Positions 8,645-18,355 of a DNA stretch of 56,239 nucleotides are shown here, piece by piece (position 1 is the first letter of the stretch; every line of letters begins with the position of its first letter). The stretch covers positions 1 to 56,239 of the IMG/VR virus record IMGVR_UViG_3300021197_000101; one strand, 5' to 3'. A program made the translations under genes and the position numbers. The DNA is from a virus (lineage: Duplodnaviria; Caudoviricetes). The notes beneath the pieces were generated by a model. It ran no database searches. It was given only the letters and a program-made list of their open reading frames with translations, and was not told where the DNA came from.

Positions 8645-11071
8645 TTACCTTCTCGTGTTTGTAGCGTATTCTAGTGTTATAGCATCTAAAGAAAATGGTG
8701 GATCTGTACTATCTGATGTGTATTGTAAAGATACGACAAATGCTGATCCTATAATTTGAGTTTCAAATAATGTTTTTAGTTTAGAGCTGTACACCGCTGT
8801 TGATCCGTATGTAGCCTGACCCATAAATGCAACTGTTCCTGTTGCGTTATTGAAGTCTATCTGTGTTGGTTGAACACTATTCTTTTGGTCAAAGTCTAGT
8901 TTTAAACTTACATCAAACGAAACACTACCTTGTGGATCGGTATATAAAAACATCTTATAAAATGTTTTACGTACCCTTGGATCGTTAATTGGCATGTAAG
9001 GTGTAGCAAAAGTTGTTTGTATGTTACTACCACCAAAGCTGTTGCCTTCTTCCATTTGGTAAAGATACCCATCGTCATTGGCAAATACGATTGTTTCTGC
9101 ATTCTGAAAAAATCTACTATCTGCTACGTATGCTCTTATACCCCTTATGTCTGCCCATGACATTCCCTCGCCACCTTGACCTGCCATCTGTGTGCCAAGT
9201 ATACCCTGAGCATTTGCTTGTCCAATATTATTATTGTAACCTAATAATCTATATTGTGATTTATCACGTATGACCACACTGGTAAAAGAAGTATTAGCTG
9301 TAATAAAATCTGTTACTTCTTTCTGTATTGTCTTAGATACAACACCTAATCCGAAGTCACCAATTCTTTCTGTACCACTTAGAAGTCGTAGGCCATCTGG
9401 ACCAAGGAACATTATGTCACCACCGACTTCTTGTATTGTATCTTTATCTACACAACCTATATCTGTAGTTACTGGTTGTAGCTGAAAATCATTTATAGTG
9501 TTTCCAACTAATTGAGATATAGATGTTTCAGTAAAAATAATAAGTTGCTGTCTAAATACAACTAAGCCAGTAATGTTTGCTCCTACAGATATTGTACCAG
9601 AACCATTGGCTGCTGTAAAGTCGTTATCTGTAAAAGGTGCAGTAAAAGTTAATAAACTATTTTTTCCAAAAAACAATTGATTTTTAAAATTTACTACAAA
9701 TTCTGCTGCTGCTACATCAGTAGGTGCGCTATTAAGAGCTGTAAACAAAGATCCATTGTATAATGCAGGAACATTGATACTATCAACAATAGCTATTTTT
9801 TCTGATCCTGTATAGTTATACCTAGAAAATCTAGTTTTACCAGCACTTTCTCTTGACGTACTCAAAAAAGTTAGGGCAGCATTATTTGCTGGTGAACTAG
9901 CTAAAGCAGGATCAATAACTAAAGCAGCCTCTCCAGCATCATTTACTGTTGGTGTTGCAGTTAAGGTATATATCTTATCTATACCTGCAATCTTAAACAC
10001 ATCACCTATTTGTGGAGTAGAACTTAATCCATCTACGTTTAATGTAGTACCAGTCTGTGATCCAGCATTTACAAGTACTGTTCCGTATACAGGTACATTT
10101 ACAAGTGAGTATCCAGTACCAGATGTTTTAAGTAAACTTTCATTTTTACCTACGATAACTGAATCAAGAAATACACCGCATCCTACTGCAAGATAATTTC
10201 TGTTTGTACTTGTAAACTCTACAGTATCTCCATTGGCAGGTGCGGCAGTAAGAGCAGGTGATATAGCTACTGTTGCTCTATTATCATCATCATCAAATGT
10301 TACACTGCCGCCAATAGTATACTCTGTTTTAAAAGATAGTGCGGTATCATCTGCAAGTGTCAATGATAGAGTATCAGCAGCACTACCTATCGTAATATTC
10401 GGTGATGAAAAAGCTTGTACTGTTGTACCTCTTGGTATACCATTACCAACAATTTCCATACCTGTTGTAATAGTTCCTACTACACCATCTACTGCAAAGG
10501 TAGTAGTTTTAAAAGTAAACTGTAATCCTAAATTATCTGCTACAGTTACATTGCTAGATAATACTACAGTAAAATTACCAGTTGCCCCTGTTGTAACACT
10601 AGATACTGTAATGTTACTTCCAATACCTACTCCTGTTATAGTCTGACCTTTTGCTATAGTACCTGAAGCAACAGTGTCTACAATAATAGTATTACTAGCT
10701 GTTACTGCACCATTAACAAGAGCAGTTGGACCGTTTGCAGAAGCAATAGTAGATGTACCATTTATGTTTGCAGTGACGTGTACTAGTTTAAACTTATCGT
10801 TTGTTTCTGGTGTTTGTCTAATGTTTGCAATATTTAAACTTGTACCAGTTTGACTTGCACCATGTACGACAGGTATACCATATGGTGGTATTACATCTAA
10901 GTCGTACTTATCATAACCTAGTATTCTTTTGTACCCACCTTCAATAGATGGTTCAAAGTTTCGTAGTATTCTTGCAGATCCGGGCATTTCCATGCCTTGC
11001 TGCAAAGGACTCATATTAGTTATAAGCCCACCACTAAACTTAATGGGATATGTTTGGCGATTTGTAGGCAT
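8645..11071 (-). CDS. Tail nozzle / stabilization protein (tubular B / P22 gp10-like) with inserted beta repeats
   Basis: FSGGL start; GLVVFRQQLIIF, IGCV..TIQEVGGDIMFLGPDG propeller motifs; position after adaptor. Confidence 0.75.
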   Translation of the reverse strand: MPTNRQTYPIKFSGGLITNMSPLQQGMEMPGSARILRNFEPSIEGGYKRILGYDKYDLDVIPPYGIPVVHGASQTGTSLNIANIRQTPETNDKFKLVHVTANINGTSTIASANGPTALVNGAVTASNTIIVDTVASGTIAKGQTITGVGIGSNITVSSVTTGATGNFTVVLSSNVTVADNLGLQFTFKTTTFAVDGVVGTITTGMEIVGNGIPRGTTVQAFSSPNITIGSAADTLSLTLADDTALSFKTEYTIGGSVTFDDDDNRATVAISPALTAAPANGDTVEFTSTNRNYLAVGCGVFLDSVIVGKNESLLKTSGTGYSLVNVPVYGTVLVNAGSQTGTTLNVDGLSSTPQIGDVFKIAGIDKIYTLTATPTVNDAGEAALVIDPALASSPANNAALTFLSTSRESAGKTRFSRYNYTGSEKIAIVDSINVPALYNGSLFTALNSAPTDVAAAEFVVNFKNQLFFGKNSLLTFTAPFTDNDFTAANGSGTISVGANITGLVVFRQQLIIFTETSISQLVGNTINDFQLQPVTTDIGCVDKDTIQEVGGDIMFLGPDGLRLLSGTERIGDFGLGVVSKTIQKEVTDFITANTSFTSVVIRDKSQYRLLGYNNNIGQANAQGILGTQMAGQGGEGMSWADIRGIRAYVADSRFFQNAETIVFANDDGYLYQMEEGNSFGGSNIQTTFATPYMPINDPRVRKTFYKMFLYTDPQGSVSFDVSLKLDFDQKNSVQPTQIDFNNATGTVAFMGQATYGSTAVYSSKLKTLFETQIIGSAFVVSLQYTSDSTDPPFSLDAITLEYATNTRR

Positions 11072-11074
11072 TTA

Positions 11075-11809
11075 TTAGTTGACCTGAATGGCAGTAGCAG
11101 CTGTATTTCTGGTTACAATAGTAGATCTAAGATAGTCATAACGGTTAATATATAGACCCCTCATTTGTTTTATTTCAGTCTCAAACTTTGTTTGCATAAG
11201 CATAGACTCTTGTGACTCACCTCTAAACATATAAGCAAAGTGCATTGCACCGTTTACAATAACATGTCTAAATTGTTCTGGTACTGTAGGTACATCAGTA
11301 TCGTTTATTAAATCAACAGGTAATCTATAGTATTCATAAACTAATTCATACGCTTTATCTGGTGGAGCTATTATACCAAATCCATCATCTGGAGTTCTAA
11401 AAACAAACTCTGGTAATGCCCTAATGCCAGTTGAAGTATTGTATTCATAATCAGAATACTTTTCTAAATATTCTTCATAAGATAATAAACGAAGTTTTCT
11501 AGTATTGTTTCCTAGTGTATCATTTCGTTTAATACGAAAACTATCAAAGTCTATTGTTTTAGAATCAGTAGGAGATGCATACCGTACTAAACCTGCAGTT
11601 AATGTTTCAGTTTCTTCTACGTGATTAAATGGCCACTCATATTCATGTTGATTTATAAAACGAATTGAAGAATTAACTGAATCTTTAACCATAGAATATT
11701 CACCGGTGGCTGTAAGAAAGTTTGCGTTTACTCCTGTACCACCTGTAAGTTCAACTTCATTAAGTCTACGGTTTACGTCATTGACAATTCCAATATAATC
11801 ATATGCCAT
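11075..11809 (-). CDS. Head-tail adaptor (tail tubular protein A-like)
   Basis: VNDVNRRLNE, EWPF, P.PDKAY, VPEQFRHVIV motifs. Confidence 0.75.
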   Translation of the reverse strand: MAYDYIGIVNDVNRRLNEVELTGGTGVNANFLTATGEYSMVKDSVNSSIRFINQHEYEWPFNHVEETETLTAGLVRYASPTDSKTIDFDSFRIKRNDTLGNNTRKLRLLSYEEYLEKYSDYEYNTSTGIRALPEFVFRTPDDGFGIIAPPDKAYELVYEYYRLPVDLINDTDVPTVPEQFRHVIVNGAMHFAYMFRGESQESMLMQTKFETEIKQMRGLYINRYDYLRSTIVTRNTAATAIQVN

Positions 11810-11810
11810 C

Positions 11811-12158
11811 TTAACGTTCCTTTAGTCTGAGTTTAATACTACGTTCTGCTGTACTACCTGTATCATCTGTCATCTGACAAAAGAAAGTATACTCAACATT
11901 GTTTTGCCCACCAGCAATATTTATTGTTGCAACAGTATTAGTATTTGTTTGAGATACGTTTTGTATTGTATCTGTTACTGCACTACTAGAAGCAGAAGTA
12001 AGATTAGCCCCTGCATTCAATCTTGTTTTTACATTATAAGTATTGGACTTAACAAACCATATTACAGAGTTGATTATAGCTGTATCAAGAAACCTTGACC
12101 AATCTACGCTATAGTCTAGTGTTTCATCAGGGTCTTTACTTGGCCAACGAAAGCTCAT
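11811..12158 (-). CDS. Structural Ig-like protein
   Basis: WPSKDPDETLDYSVDW motif. Confidence 0.65.
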   Translation of the reverse strand: MSFRWPSKDPDETLDYSVDWSRFLDTAIINSVIWFVKSNTYNVKTRLNAGANLTSASSSAVTDTIQNVSQTNTNTVATINIAGGQNNVEYTFFCQMTDDTGSTAERSIKLRLKER

Positions 12159-12160
12159 TT

Positions 12161-12346
12161 TTAATCCTCATTAGCGTAGACAACACGATCTGCTGATCTA
12201 GGCTTTCTTTTTATAAATACAAATCTGTTTTGTTTTTCTACTGTTACTGTTCTGTCTTTAGAGCTAGTAGTAGTTTGTGCGTCTACAAAAACTGATCGGT
12301 TTTGCGGTCTTACTAAAACGGTTCTTTCGGAAGGTGAGGTAGGCAT
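12161..12346 (-). CDS. Small basic protein with two RTV.V..QNR repeats
   Basis: Coupled to neighbours; ERTVLVRPQNR / DRTVTVEKQNR. Confidence 0.6.
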   Translation of the reverse strand: MPTSPSERTVLVRPQNRSVFVDAQTTTSSKDRTVTVEKQNRFVFIKRKPRSADRVVYANED

Positions 12347-13185
12347 TATGCAACCCTCGGTAGTAAGACAGTTCTTCTTTTGTTATATCTGTGTTTAACT
12401 GCTTCGTAATCAAATTGAATTGATGATACGTTTGCTGCCGGTAAGTTTACTACAGCAGAAGAAGAAACACTTGATAGTTTTTCAATAACAGTTACGTTAA
12501 TACTACCTAATGATATTGTTGCAGCTACACTTTGTAGTGCTTCTTCTACTACTGGCTCTGGTGCATTTATAGAACCAGTTAATGCTAGTCCTACAATCTG
12601 TGCTTTAGAAGATGATCTAGCTGTTACGGAAGGAGTACCTACTGTGCCAACTACTGCTGCTAATGTTTCAGATACACTAGGTTTAATTGTGCCTACTGTA
12701 AATGTAGCTATTACACTTAGTAAGCTTTCAGAAGTTTTAGCTTCTACTGTAGCTATTGCACCTGTAGCAGATACACTTGCTAGAGCTTCGCTTACATTTA
12801 CTTTAAGTGTACCTATCGCACCTGTAGCTGATACACTGTTTAAGTCTTCATCTACCTGTGGCTCTATTGTGCCTATAGCACCTGTAGCCGTTACACTTCC
12901 TAGTTCTTCTGCAACATTTTCTTTTACTGTGTTGATGCTGCCTGTAGCACTTACACCAGTAAGTGTTTTACTTACACCTACACCTAGAGAACCAATTGCA
13001 CCTGTTGCTGCTACACTGAGTAGGTTCTCAGATACATCTATCTCAAAGCCACCAACGCTTACAGTTTCTATTGCGCTAGTTGCACTGACTCCTGTCAAGC
13101 TTACATTGGGTGCTACTTTACCGTATCTAGCAGACCCATGCCTACCTGTGCCATAGAGGGCATCAGAGGAGTCATAGAAAGACAT
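12346..13185 (-). CDS. Repetitive beta-strand virion fibre protein
   Basis: About ten ~20-aa L.SVSATGAIG repeats. Confidence 0.7.
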   Translation of the reverse strand: MSFYDSSDALYGTGRHGSARYGKVAPNVSLTGVSATSAIETVSVGGFEIDVSENLLSVAATGAIGSLGVGVSKTLTGVSATGSINTVKENVAEELGSVTATGAIGTIEPQVDEDLNSVSATGAIGTLKVNVSEALASVSATGAIATVEAKTSESLLSVIATFTVGTIKPSVSETLAAVVGTVGTPSVTARSSSKAQIVGLALTGSINAPEPVVEEALQSVAATISLGSINVTVIEKLSSVSSSAVVNLPAANVSSIQFDYEAVKHRYNKRRTVLLPRVA

Positions 13186-13188
13186 TTG

Positions 13189-13626
13189 TTAGGCGATACG
13201 TATTACTGCAGTACTTGCTCCTGCTGCAGGAAATTCTATAGTCAAGTCACCTGCTGTAGCACTTACAGTACCACCAAAATCTATTACACATACTGCCTTA
13301 TTAGATGCAGAGGAATTGTAGATAATACAACCTGCTGCTGAAGTTGTTACGTTAGAAAATACTTCATCTGCAAAGTCTACATGAGCAGTTGTACCAGACA
13401 CTGCAATAGCAGCACTATCTAAATTGTTGCCACCTGCTGAGTAGTTAGTACCTGTTGCTTCGTCAGAGTTACCTGTAACATCTGAATAATTAGTTGTTGC
13501 TGCGCCATATGTACCAGACATACCGCTTTTAATTAGTGCAAGCTTTAAAGTATGGGTATCCATATCATGGACCGCACCAAGAAGTTCTTGTTTAAAACTT
13601 GTACACATTGCTGTTGTGATAGCCAT
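13189..13626 (-). CDS. Conserved virion structural protein
   Basis: MCTSFKQELL, NYSAGG, VIDFGG, FP motifs. Confidence 0.7.
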   Translation of the reverse strand: MAITTAMCTSFKQELLGAVHDMDTHTLKLALIKSGMSGTYGAATTNYSDVTGNSDEATGTNYSAGGNNLDSAAIAVSGTTAHVDFADEVFSNVTTSAAGCIIYNSSASNKAVCVIDFGGTVSATAGDLTIEFPAAGASTAVIRIA

Positions 13627-13652
13627 GTTTGAATCCCTTTAATATACAATTA

Positions 13653-13678
13653 GAGAGGCCACCCTAAAGCAGCCTCTC
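13653..13678 (-). terminator. Hairpin after capsid/decoration genes (partial terminator)
   Basis: GAGAGGCTGC-tttag-GGTGGCCTCTC on minus strand; weak U-tract. Confidence 0.55.
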
Positions 13679-13686
13679 AAGTTATT

Positions 13687-14100
13687 TTATGCTAGTAGAT
13701 CACGATCTACTTCAGCAGCTGCTCCTGTAGCACCCATAGGGGCATACACTACAAAGAACTTAAATGAACCTGCTGAAGGTGCATTAGAACCTGCAGTTAA
13801 AGCAGAAATAGTTGTAGCTGCAGTTGTAACATTTGTAATGCCGTTTACTGTAGTAGTAGAAGCGGCAAGAGTTTTTGCGGCATTGATGTCTGCTGTTCCC
13901 AACATATCAACATCGCCCCCTGTTACACCAAAGCTTACTGCATTAGCACCACCAATAGTGGCGGCTGCAGTACACTCAGCACCTGCAGCAAGAACTACAC
14001 AGTTATCTGGAATCGTACCGATGTCGATAGCTGTGCTAGTAGTAAGAGAGCCGTGAGGAATCTCAGCGGTCTCAATGCGAGTTACGTCTCGTAAAGCCAT
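13687..14100 (-). CDS. Capsid decoration/cement protein (putative)
   Basis: Small Ala/Gly/Thr-rich beta protein immediately after the capsid gene. Confidence 0.65.
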   Translation of the reverse strand: MALRDVTRIETAEIPHGSLTTSTAIDIGTIPDNCVVLAAGAECTAAATIGGANAVSFGVTGGDVDMLGTADINAAKTLAASTTTVNGITNVTTAATTISALTAGSNAPSAGSFKFFVVYAPMGATGAAAEVDRDLLA

Positions 14101-14114
14101 TGTATATCCCCCCC

Positions 14115-15188
14115 TTACGCTGCGTTATATTTGGCAGTAACGATACCTTCAGGACGAAGGATCTTTCTACCATATAGATGCATACCACGAACAATGTCAG
14201 CAAAGCTGTCAGTGTCACGATATGTTTCGGTTTTGTTGATTTGCTCCGCAGTTGCGACAGCAGAATCATGACCTGCAACAATAACACCAAAGTTAGTGTT
14301 TTGGTTTGCAGAACCAGTTGTGCCAGCACCTGTGCCAACAGCTGGTAGGTTGCTTGAAGTATATACACGGAAGCCATGTAGGTTGTTCAAGACAAGACCG
14401 TTACGTAGTCCACCTGACTCACCAAAATCTGCGTTTAGAAAACGAGAGTCTTCGTCACGTAGGATTTCCATGAATACCGGATCAACTACTAGCCAACGCC
14501 CTTGTGTATCAACTTGTTGTTGATCCAATAAACGAGCCATTCTAGCTACGATCATTGCTGGTGAAACTGTCGCAGTTGGCATAGCTGTTTCACCGGGTAG
14601 ACGTGCAGCTACTGGAATTGAGTGATTACCAGCAGAACTAGTTGTGATGTTGCCAAATGAATCCTTACGGAGTTTCATTGATGTCAACAACTCGTCTGTA
14701 CCAGCAGTTGCTACAGCAACAGTACCGTTTACAACATTGTTAACAGTATCTGCAGAAGTGTGCAATGAAGACTGTTTGAAACCTGCTAAGTAGCCAAGAA
14801 CTTCTTGGTCGTACTGATCAGACAGACGATATGCGGCTCGGTTTGTAGCCAAGTCCATAAAGTTCACATGTGAGTGAGCTTCTTCAATGTCGTCAATTTT
14901 AAAAGCAAAGTAGTTTGCTTTATCAACAACAAGGGAGAAATCTTCATCGTCAAGATCTTGTGCAGTGATTTGTGTACCACGAGCATAAGCACTGACTGAG
15001 ATTTCAGGTTCTTTGATAATTTTAACGGTATCACCTTGAGCAGCAATCTCGCCAAAATAGTCAGAGTTTGTGATGTCACCTGCAACCGTAGACTTACGGA
15101 AGGCAAGTTGCACCTTTTTAGAATAGATTACGGAACTAAAATTACCATTTGGTAAGTTTGTGTGTCCCGCTGCGGAAGTAAAAGCCAT
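14115..15188 (-). CDS. Major capsid protein (P22 gp5-like, HK97 fold)
   Basis: GDTVKI, FAFKIDDIE, GRWLVVDP, GFRVYTSSNLP, DIVRGMHLYGRKILRPE; strong AGGAG RBS. Confidence 0.9.
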   Translation of the reverse strand: MAFTSAAGHTNLPNGNFSSVIYSKKVQLAFRKSTVAGDITNSDYFGEIAAQGDTVKIIKEPEISVSAYARGTQITAQDLDDEDFSLVVDKANYFAFKIDDIEEAHSHVNFMDLATNRAAYRLSDQYDQEVLGYLAGFKQSSLHTSADTVNNVVNGTVAVATAGTDELLTSMKLRKDSFGNITTSSAGNHSIPVAARLPGETAMPTATVSPAMIVARMARLLDQQQVDTQGRWLVVDPVFMEILRDEDSRFLNADFGESGGLRNGLVLNNLHGFRVYTSSNLPAVGTGAGTTGSANQNTNFGVIVAGHDSAVATAEQINKTETYRDTDSFADIVRGMHLYGRKILRPEGIVTAKYNAA

Positions 15189-15224
15189 AGTTCTTCTCCT
15201 TAGAATTTATTGGCGTTTCAATTT

Positions 15225-15392
15225 GGGGAACCCAAACAACCGTAATAAGAGGCTAAACGTTTTCTAGGGTGCGTTAGGCTAACAGTCGGCCAACCGTTAA
15301 CCTTACGGGCCTGTACTTATTTAGGTAATTCCCATTTGTGTTTAAGTTTTTAGTGAGAGTAAGAGAGGTAGTCCCGGATGGGAGGCTCTTTA
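15225..15392 (-). ncRNA. Structured cis-regulatory leader of capsid mRNA (candidate)
   Basis: Several nested stems read by eye in the ~210-nt leader between promoter and ATG. Confidence 0.55.
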
Positions 15393-15400
15393 AATACTCA

Positions 15401-15430
15401 TAGTTATACACTAAGGTTTTGTTTTGTCAA
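15401..15430 (-). promoter_or_regulatory. Sigma70-like promoter for capsid operon
   Basis: TTGACA-N16-TATAAC(TA). Confidence 0.7.
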
Positions 15431-15433
15431 CAC

Positions 15434-16378
15434 CTATCGTGCATTACCTGTCATATCATAGATAAATTTACCGCTACGCATAGCTTGGTTAATGTCATCC
15501 TGACGTTTTTCAAATTCTTTTGCAGACATTTTAGCAACTTCTGACTCTCTTATTTGAGCAGAAGATTCATCTACGTCTACACTAGCCTTTGAGTTTTTGC
15601 TTACCAAAGATGCGGCAGCTTTCTTGCTTGCCTTCTTTGCAGTTTTAGTAAGTCCTTTATCGACCTTATATAGATCAATAACTCTTACGACAGAAGCTGG
15701 ATCATCTGCGTTTTCGTAGATTGCATCCTGAACCCATTTAGGTTGTGCTTCTGCCCAGTCATGAAACTCATCTGCTTTACGTAGTGTGTCAAAGTCTGGA
15801 TGTGTTTCACGAATTGTTGCTTCTGCTGATTTACGAGTAGCTTCATATTGTATTTCATCTAACTCAGCTAAACGTGACTCAGCTTTCTTATACATCTCTT
15901 GAGCTTTCTTAGCTGCAATAGTCTCTACTATTCCTGCTACATCTGGGTATTCTTTTGCCCACTCTTCAATGTCTTCGTCTGACTTGGGTGGTATAATAGA
16001 CTCACCCTTCATTCTGTTTTCAAGTGCGGTAAGTTTATCTCCCCACTCTTTTTCTTTTTCAGACATGTGTCTTCTAAGATCACCGTATCGTTTCTTAAAA
16101 GACTTTTCTTCCCGACTTAATTTAGAATCATCTTCTTGTGCTTCTTCTTTAATGTCAGTTTCTTTTTGTTCGGTATCACCTGCGGCTTGTACTTCGGTTG
16201 TCTCAGATCCTTCGCCATCGGGTTCATTTTCTTCAACTTCTTCACCACGTTGCTCTGCCTCTAGTCTAGCAATCTCTTCTTCTTCTTTTTTTATCCGTTC
16301 TTGTTTACGTGCATAGTTACTTCCACGTTGTACAAAACCAGCATTCTTTGGGGTTTCTATTGCTTGTAGTTCAGGCAT
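15434..16378 (-). CDS. Scaffolding protein
   Basis: Acidic coiled coil; FKKRYGDLRRH, HPDF, F.DW...QP.W; directly upstream of capsid gene. Confidence 0.8.
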   Translation of the reverse strand: MPELQAIETPKNAGFVQRGSNYARKQERIKKEEEEIARLEAEQRGEEVEENEPDGEGSETTEVQAAGDTEQKETDIKEEAQEDDSKLSREEKSFKKRYGDLRRHMSEKEKEWGDKLTALENRMKGESIIPPKSDEDIEEWAKEYPDVAGIVETIAAKKAQEMYKKAESRLAELDEIQYEATRKSAEATIRETHPDFDTLRKADEFHDWAEAQPKWVQDAIYENADDPASVVRVIDLYKVDKGLTKTAKKASKKAAASLVSKNSKASVDVDESSAQIRESEVAKMSAKEFEKRQDDINQAMRSGKFIYDMTGNAR

Positions 16379-16395
16379 TGTATTCTCCTTATGTT

Positions 16396-16421
16396 GGGGC
16401 CAGCATTATTGCTGGGTAGCC
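16396..16421 (-). promoter_or_regulatory. Leader hairpin just upstream of scaffold RBS
   Basis: GG-CTAC-CCAGCA-ataa-TGCTGG-CC-CC, then AAGGAG. Confidence 0.55.
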
Positions 16422-16438
16422 TTATAGTTATTCGGATG

Positions 16439-18355
16439 TTATTTCTTTTTCTTTTTCATTAAGCCGCCTTTGTTCATTCCTCCACGGCCTGATCCCTTGC
16501 CAAGATCTCCTTTTCCACCGGTAGACTTAGTTGCTGAAGTACTTTTACCGTAACCCCCTGATCCTGTTTGAGTTGTTTTAGCAACACTTTGATTAGCTTT
16601 AGCAGCTTGATCTCTAATAGATTTTGCTCTAGCTTGTGCATTAGCCATCATTTGTGAGGCAGTACTTGGTCCATCATCATTTCCTTGTATTTGTCTACGT
16701 AAGGCAGCTGTTTCAGTTCCAGTGTCATCATCTTTTTTAAAGGTTGTACTTGTAGAAACTCCTTCAAGTTTAGAGGTATCAATATACTCAGGTTGTGCAG
16801 CAGCTCTTTTCTCTGCTTCTCGTTTTCTTCTTTCTCTAACACTTACTTCGTATTTAGCTAGGTATTTTTCATAGTCTCTATCATCTTTAAACAAGTCTTT
16901 ACCATCTATAATACTTTTCATTCCCCTATCTAATTTAATACCATGCTCTCCAGCTGCTTGTATAGCAAACCTATCGCCATCAATCATTTCTGTAGGAGTT
17001 AATTTTAAAGCACCTGTCCTTGCTTTATTCCATTCTTCTAATAATTGTTTAGCTTTTCCCTCTTCACCTTGAGCTTGTAAAAGAATAATGTGGGCTGCAC
17101 TATGAGCCATCTTTGTTCCTTTTTCAAACGTTCCTAATAAACCGGGAAGGTTTGAACCTGCAGATATTGTTTCACCTGTTTGTTTTGCAAGTTCCTCTAC
17201 ATCATAGTAGTTATAACCTTCCATCCATGCATCAGGATCTGGCTTAGGTAGGTTTGGACCACCGTCATCATCATTTCCACCACCACCTTGTGGTTGAGCT
17301 GCTTGTTGTACTCTAGGTATACACATATTAGTTTCTGGATCAAAGTCCATACCCATCTTATCACAGTTTTCTACTGAAGGAATAGATGAGTCTGCTCCAC
17401 CACCAGTCATTGTTACTGGATCTGGAGGAGCCATGTAGGTAGCACCCGGAGTTGCGAATATCGGATTTATAGTTGTAGGACTTGCAATGTAATTATAAGC
17501 TGCTGCTGAGTCAGCATCTATGTTAGGAACTGTTGGCATTGGAACTACTGAACCACCGGGATTAAAACCTCTAGGAGGTGGCGGTGGGTTAGCTTGATCC
17601 ATTTGTTCTGGACTCATCATAGCTTGAGTACGGTTTTGCATATCCATATTTTGTGGGTTGTCAGCCATAACGTTGCTAACTTGCTGATCCATTTTAGTAG
17701 GATTGTTATAAGGGTTTGATGTAGCACCACCAACGTTGTATCCTACCCCTGTATCTACTGGCATTGTTTGCTCGTTACCTTGCATCATACCACCCTGATT
17801 CATAGCATCCATTGGCATATCCACAGGCTCTCCACCTATTCTACCATTAGATTCCATGTCAGCTAAACCTCTTTTAGCATCCATTCTTAAATCTTCAAAA
17901 AACTTTACACCAAAGTATTGAACGACATCAGCAGGAACTACATACTCACCTTCGGATAGTTGAGCAGGTATATCATCTCTAACCTCACTAGCCATAGAAC
18001 CCGGAGGCACATCATTACCTGACACTGGATCTACATCCATACCGTCATCCTTTAAACCACCTTCTTGCATGAAGGCCATTTGCATTTGATCTTTCATAAC
18101 TGTACCACCTTCATTGTATAATCTCTCACCTTTAATATGTTTTCTGTATAACTCTGGATATTTTTGTTTAGCTTTTCTTTCATCTTCGTACAAGTCCTGA
18201 TAAAAAGCACGTACAATTGGTGGACCTGTTTTAAAAGAAATTTCGTCAAAACCTATTGCATCATAAGCATCTTTTAATTTTTCTATGTATTCTTCAATCT
18301 TTGGTTTTACAAATTCTTCAAAACGATTCTTAGGTTTTTTCTTTCTACTACTCAC
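16439..18355 (-). CDS. Putative head-internal protein with DDIPAQLSEGEYVVP domain and xGG motifs
   Basis: GTG at 18355 with GGAGG RBS (alternative ATG at 18098); low-complexity regions; basic C-terminus. Confidence 0.7.
   Translation of the reverse strand: MSSRKKKPKNRFEEFVKPKIEEYIEKLKDAYDAIGFDEISFKTGPPIVRAFYQDLYEDERKAKQKYPELYRKHIKGERLYNEGGTVMKDQMQMAFMQEGGLKDDGMDVDPVSGNDVPPGSMASEVRDDIPAQLSEGEYVVPADVVQYFGVKFFEDLRMDAKRGLADMESNGRIGGEPVDMPMDAMNQGGMMQGNEQTMPVDTGVGYNVGGATSNPYNNPTKMDQQVSNVMADNPQNMDMQNRTQAMMSPEQMDQANPPPPPRGFNPGGSVVPMPTVPNIDADSAAAYNYIASPTTINPIFATPGATYMAPPDPVTMTGGGADSSIPSVENCDKMGMDFDPETNMCIPRVQQAAQPQGGGGNDDDGGPNLPKPDPDAWMEGYNYYDVEELAKQTGETISAGSNLPGLLGTFEKGTKMAHSAAHIILLQAQGEEGKAKQLLEEWNKARTGALKLTPTEMIDGDRFAIQAAGEHGIKLDRGMKSIIDGKDLFKDDRDYEKYLAKYEVSVRERRKREAEKRAAAQPEYIDTSKLEGVSTSTTFKKDDDTGTETAALRRQIQGNDDGPSTASQMMANAQARAKSIRDQAAKANQSVAKTTQTGSGGYGKSTSATKSTGGKGDLGKGSGRGGMNKGGLMKKKKK

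Noticed and set aside
14072-14377. Frameshift extension of the capsid protein
   Set aside because: The overlapping frame ends shortly after the capsid stop, is not the decoration-gene frame, and no clear slippery site was seen
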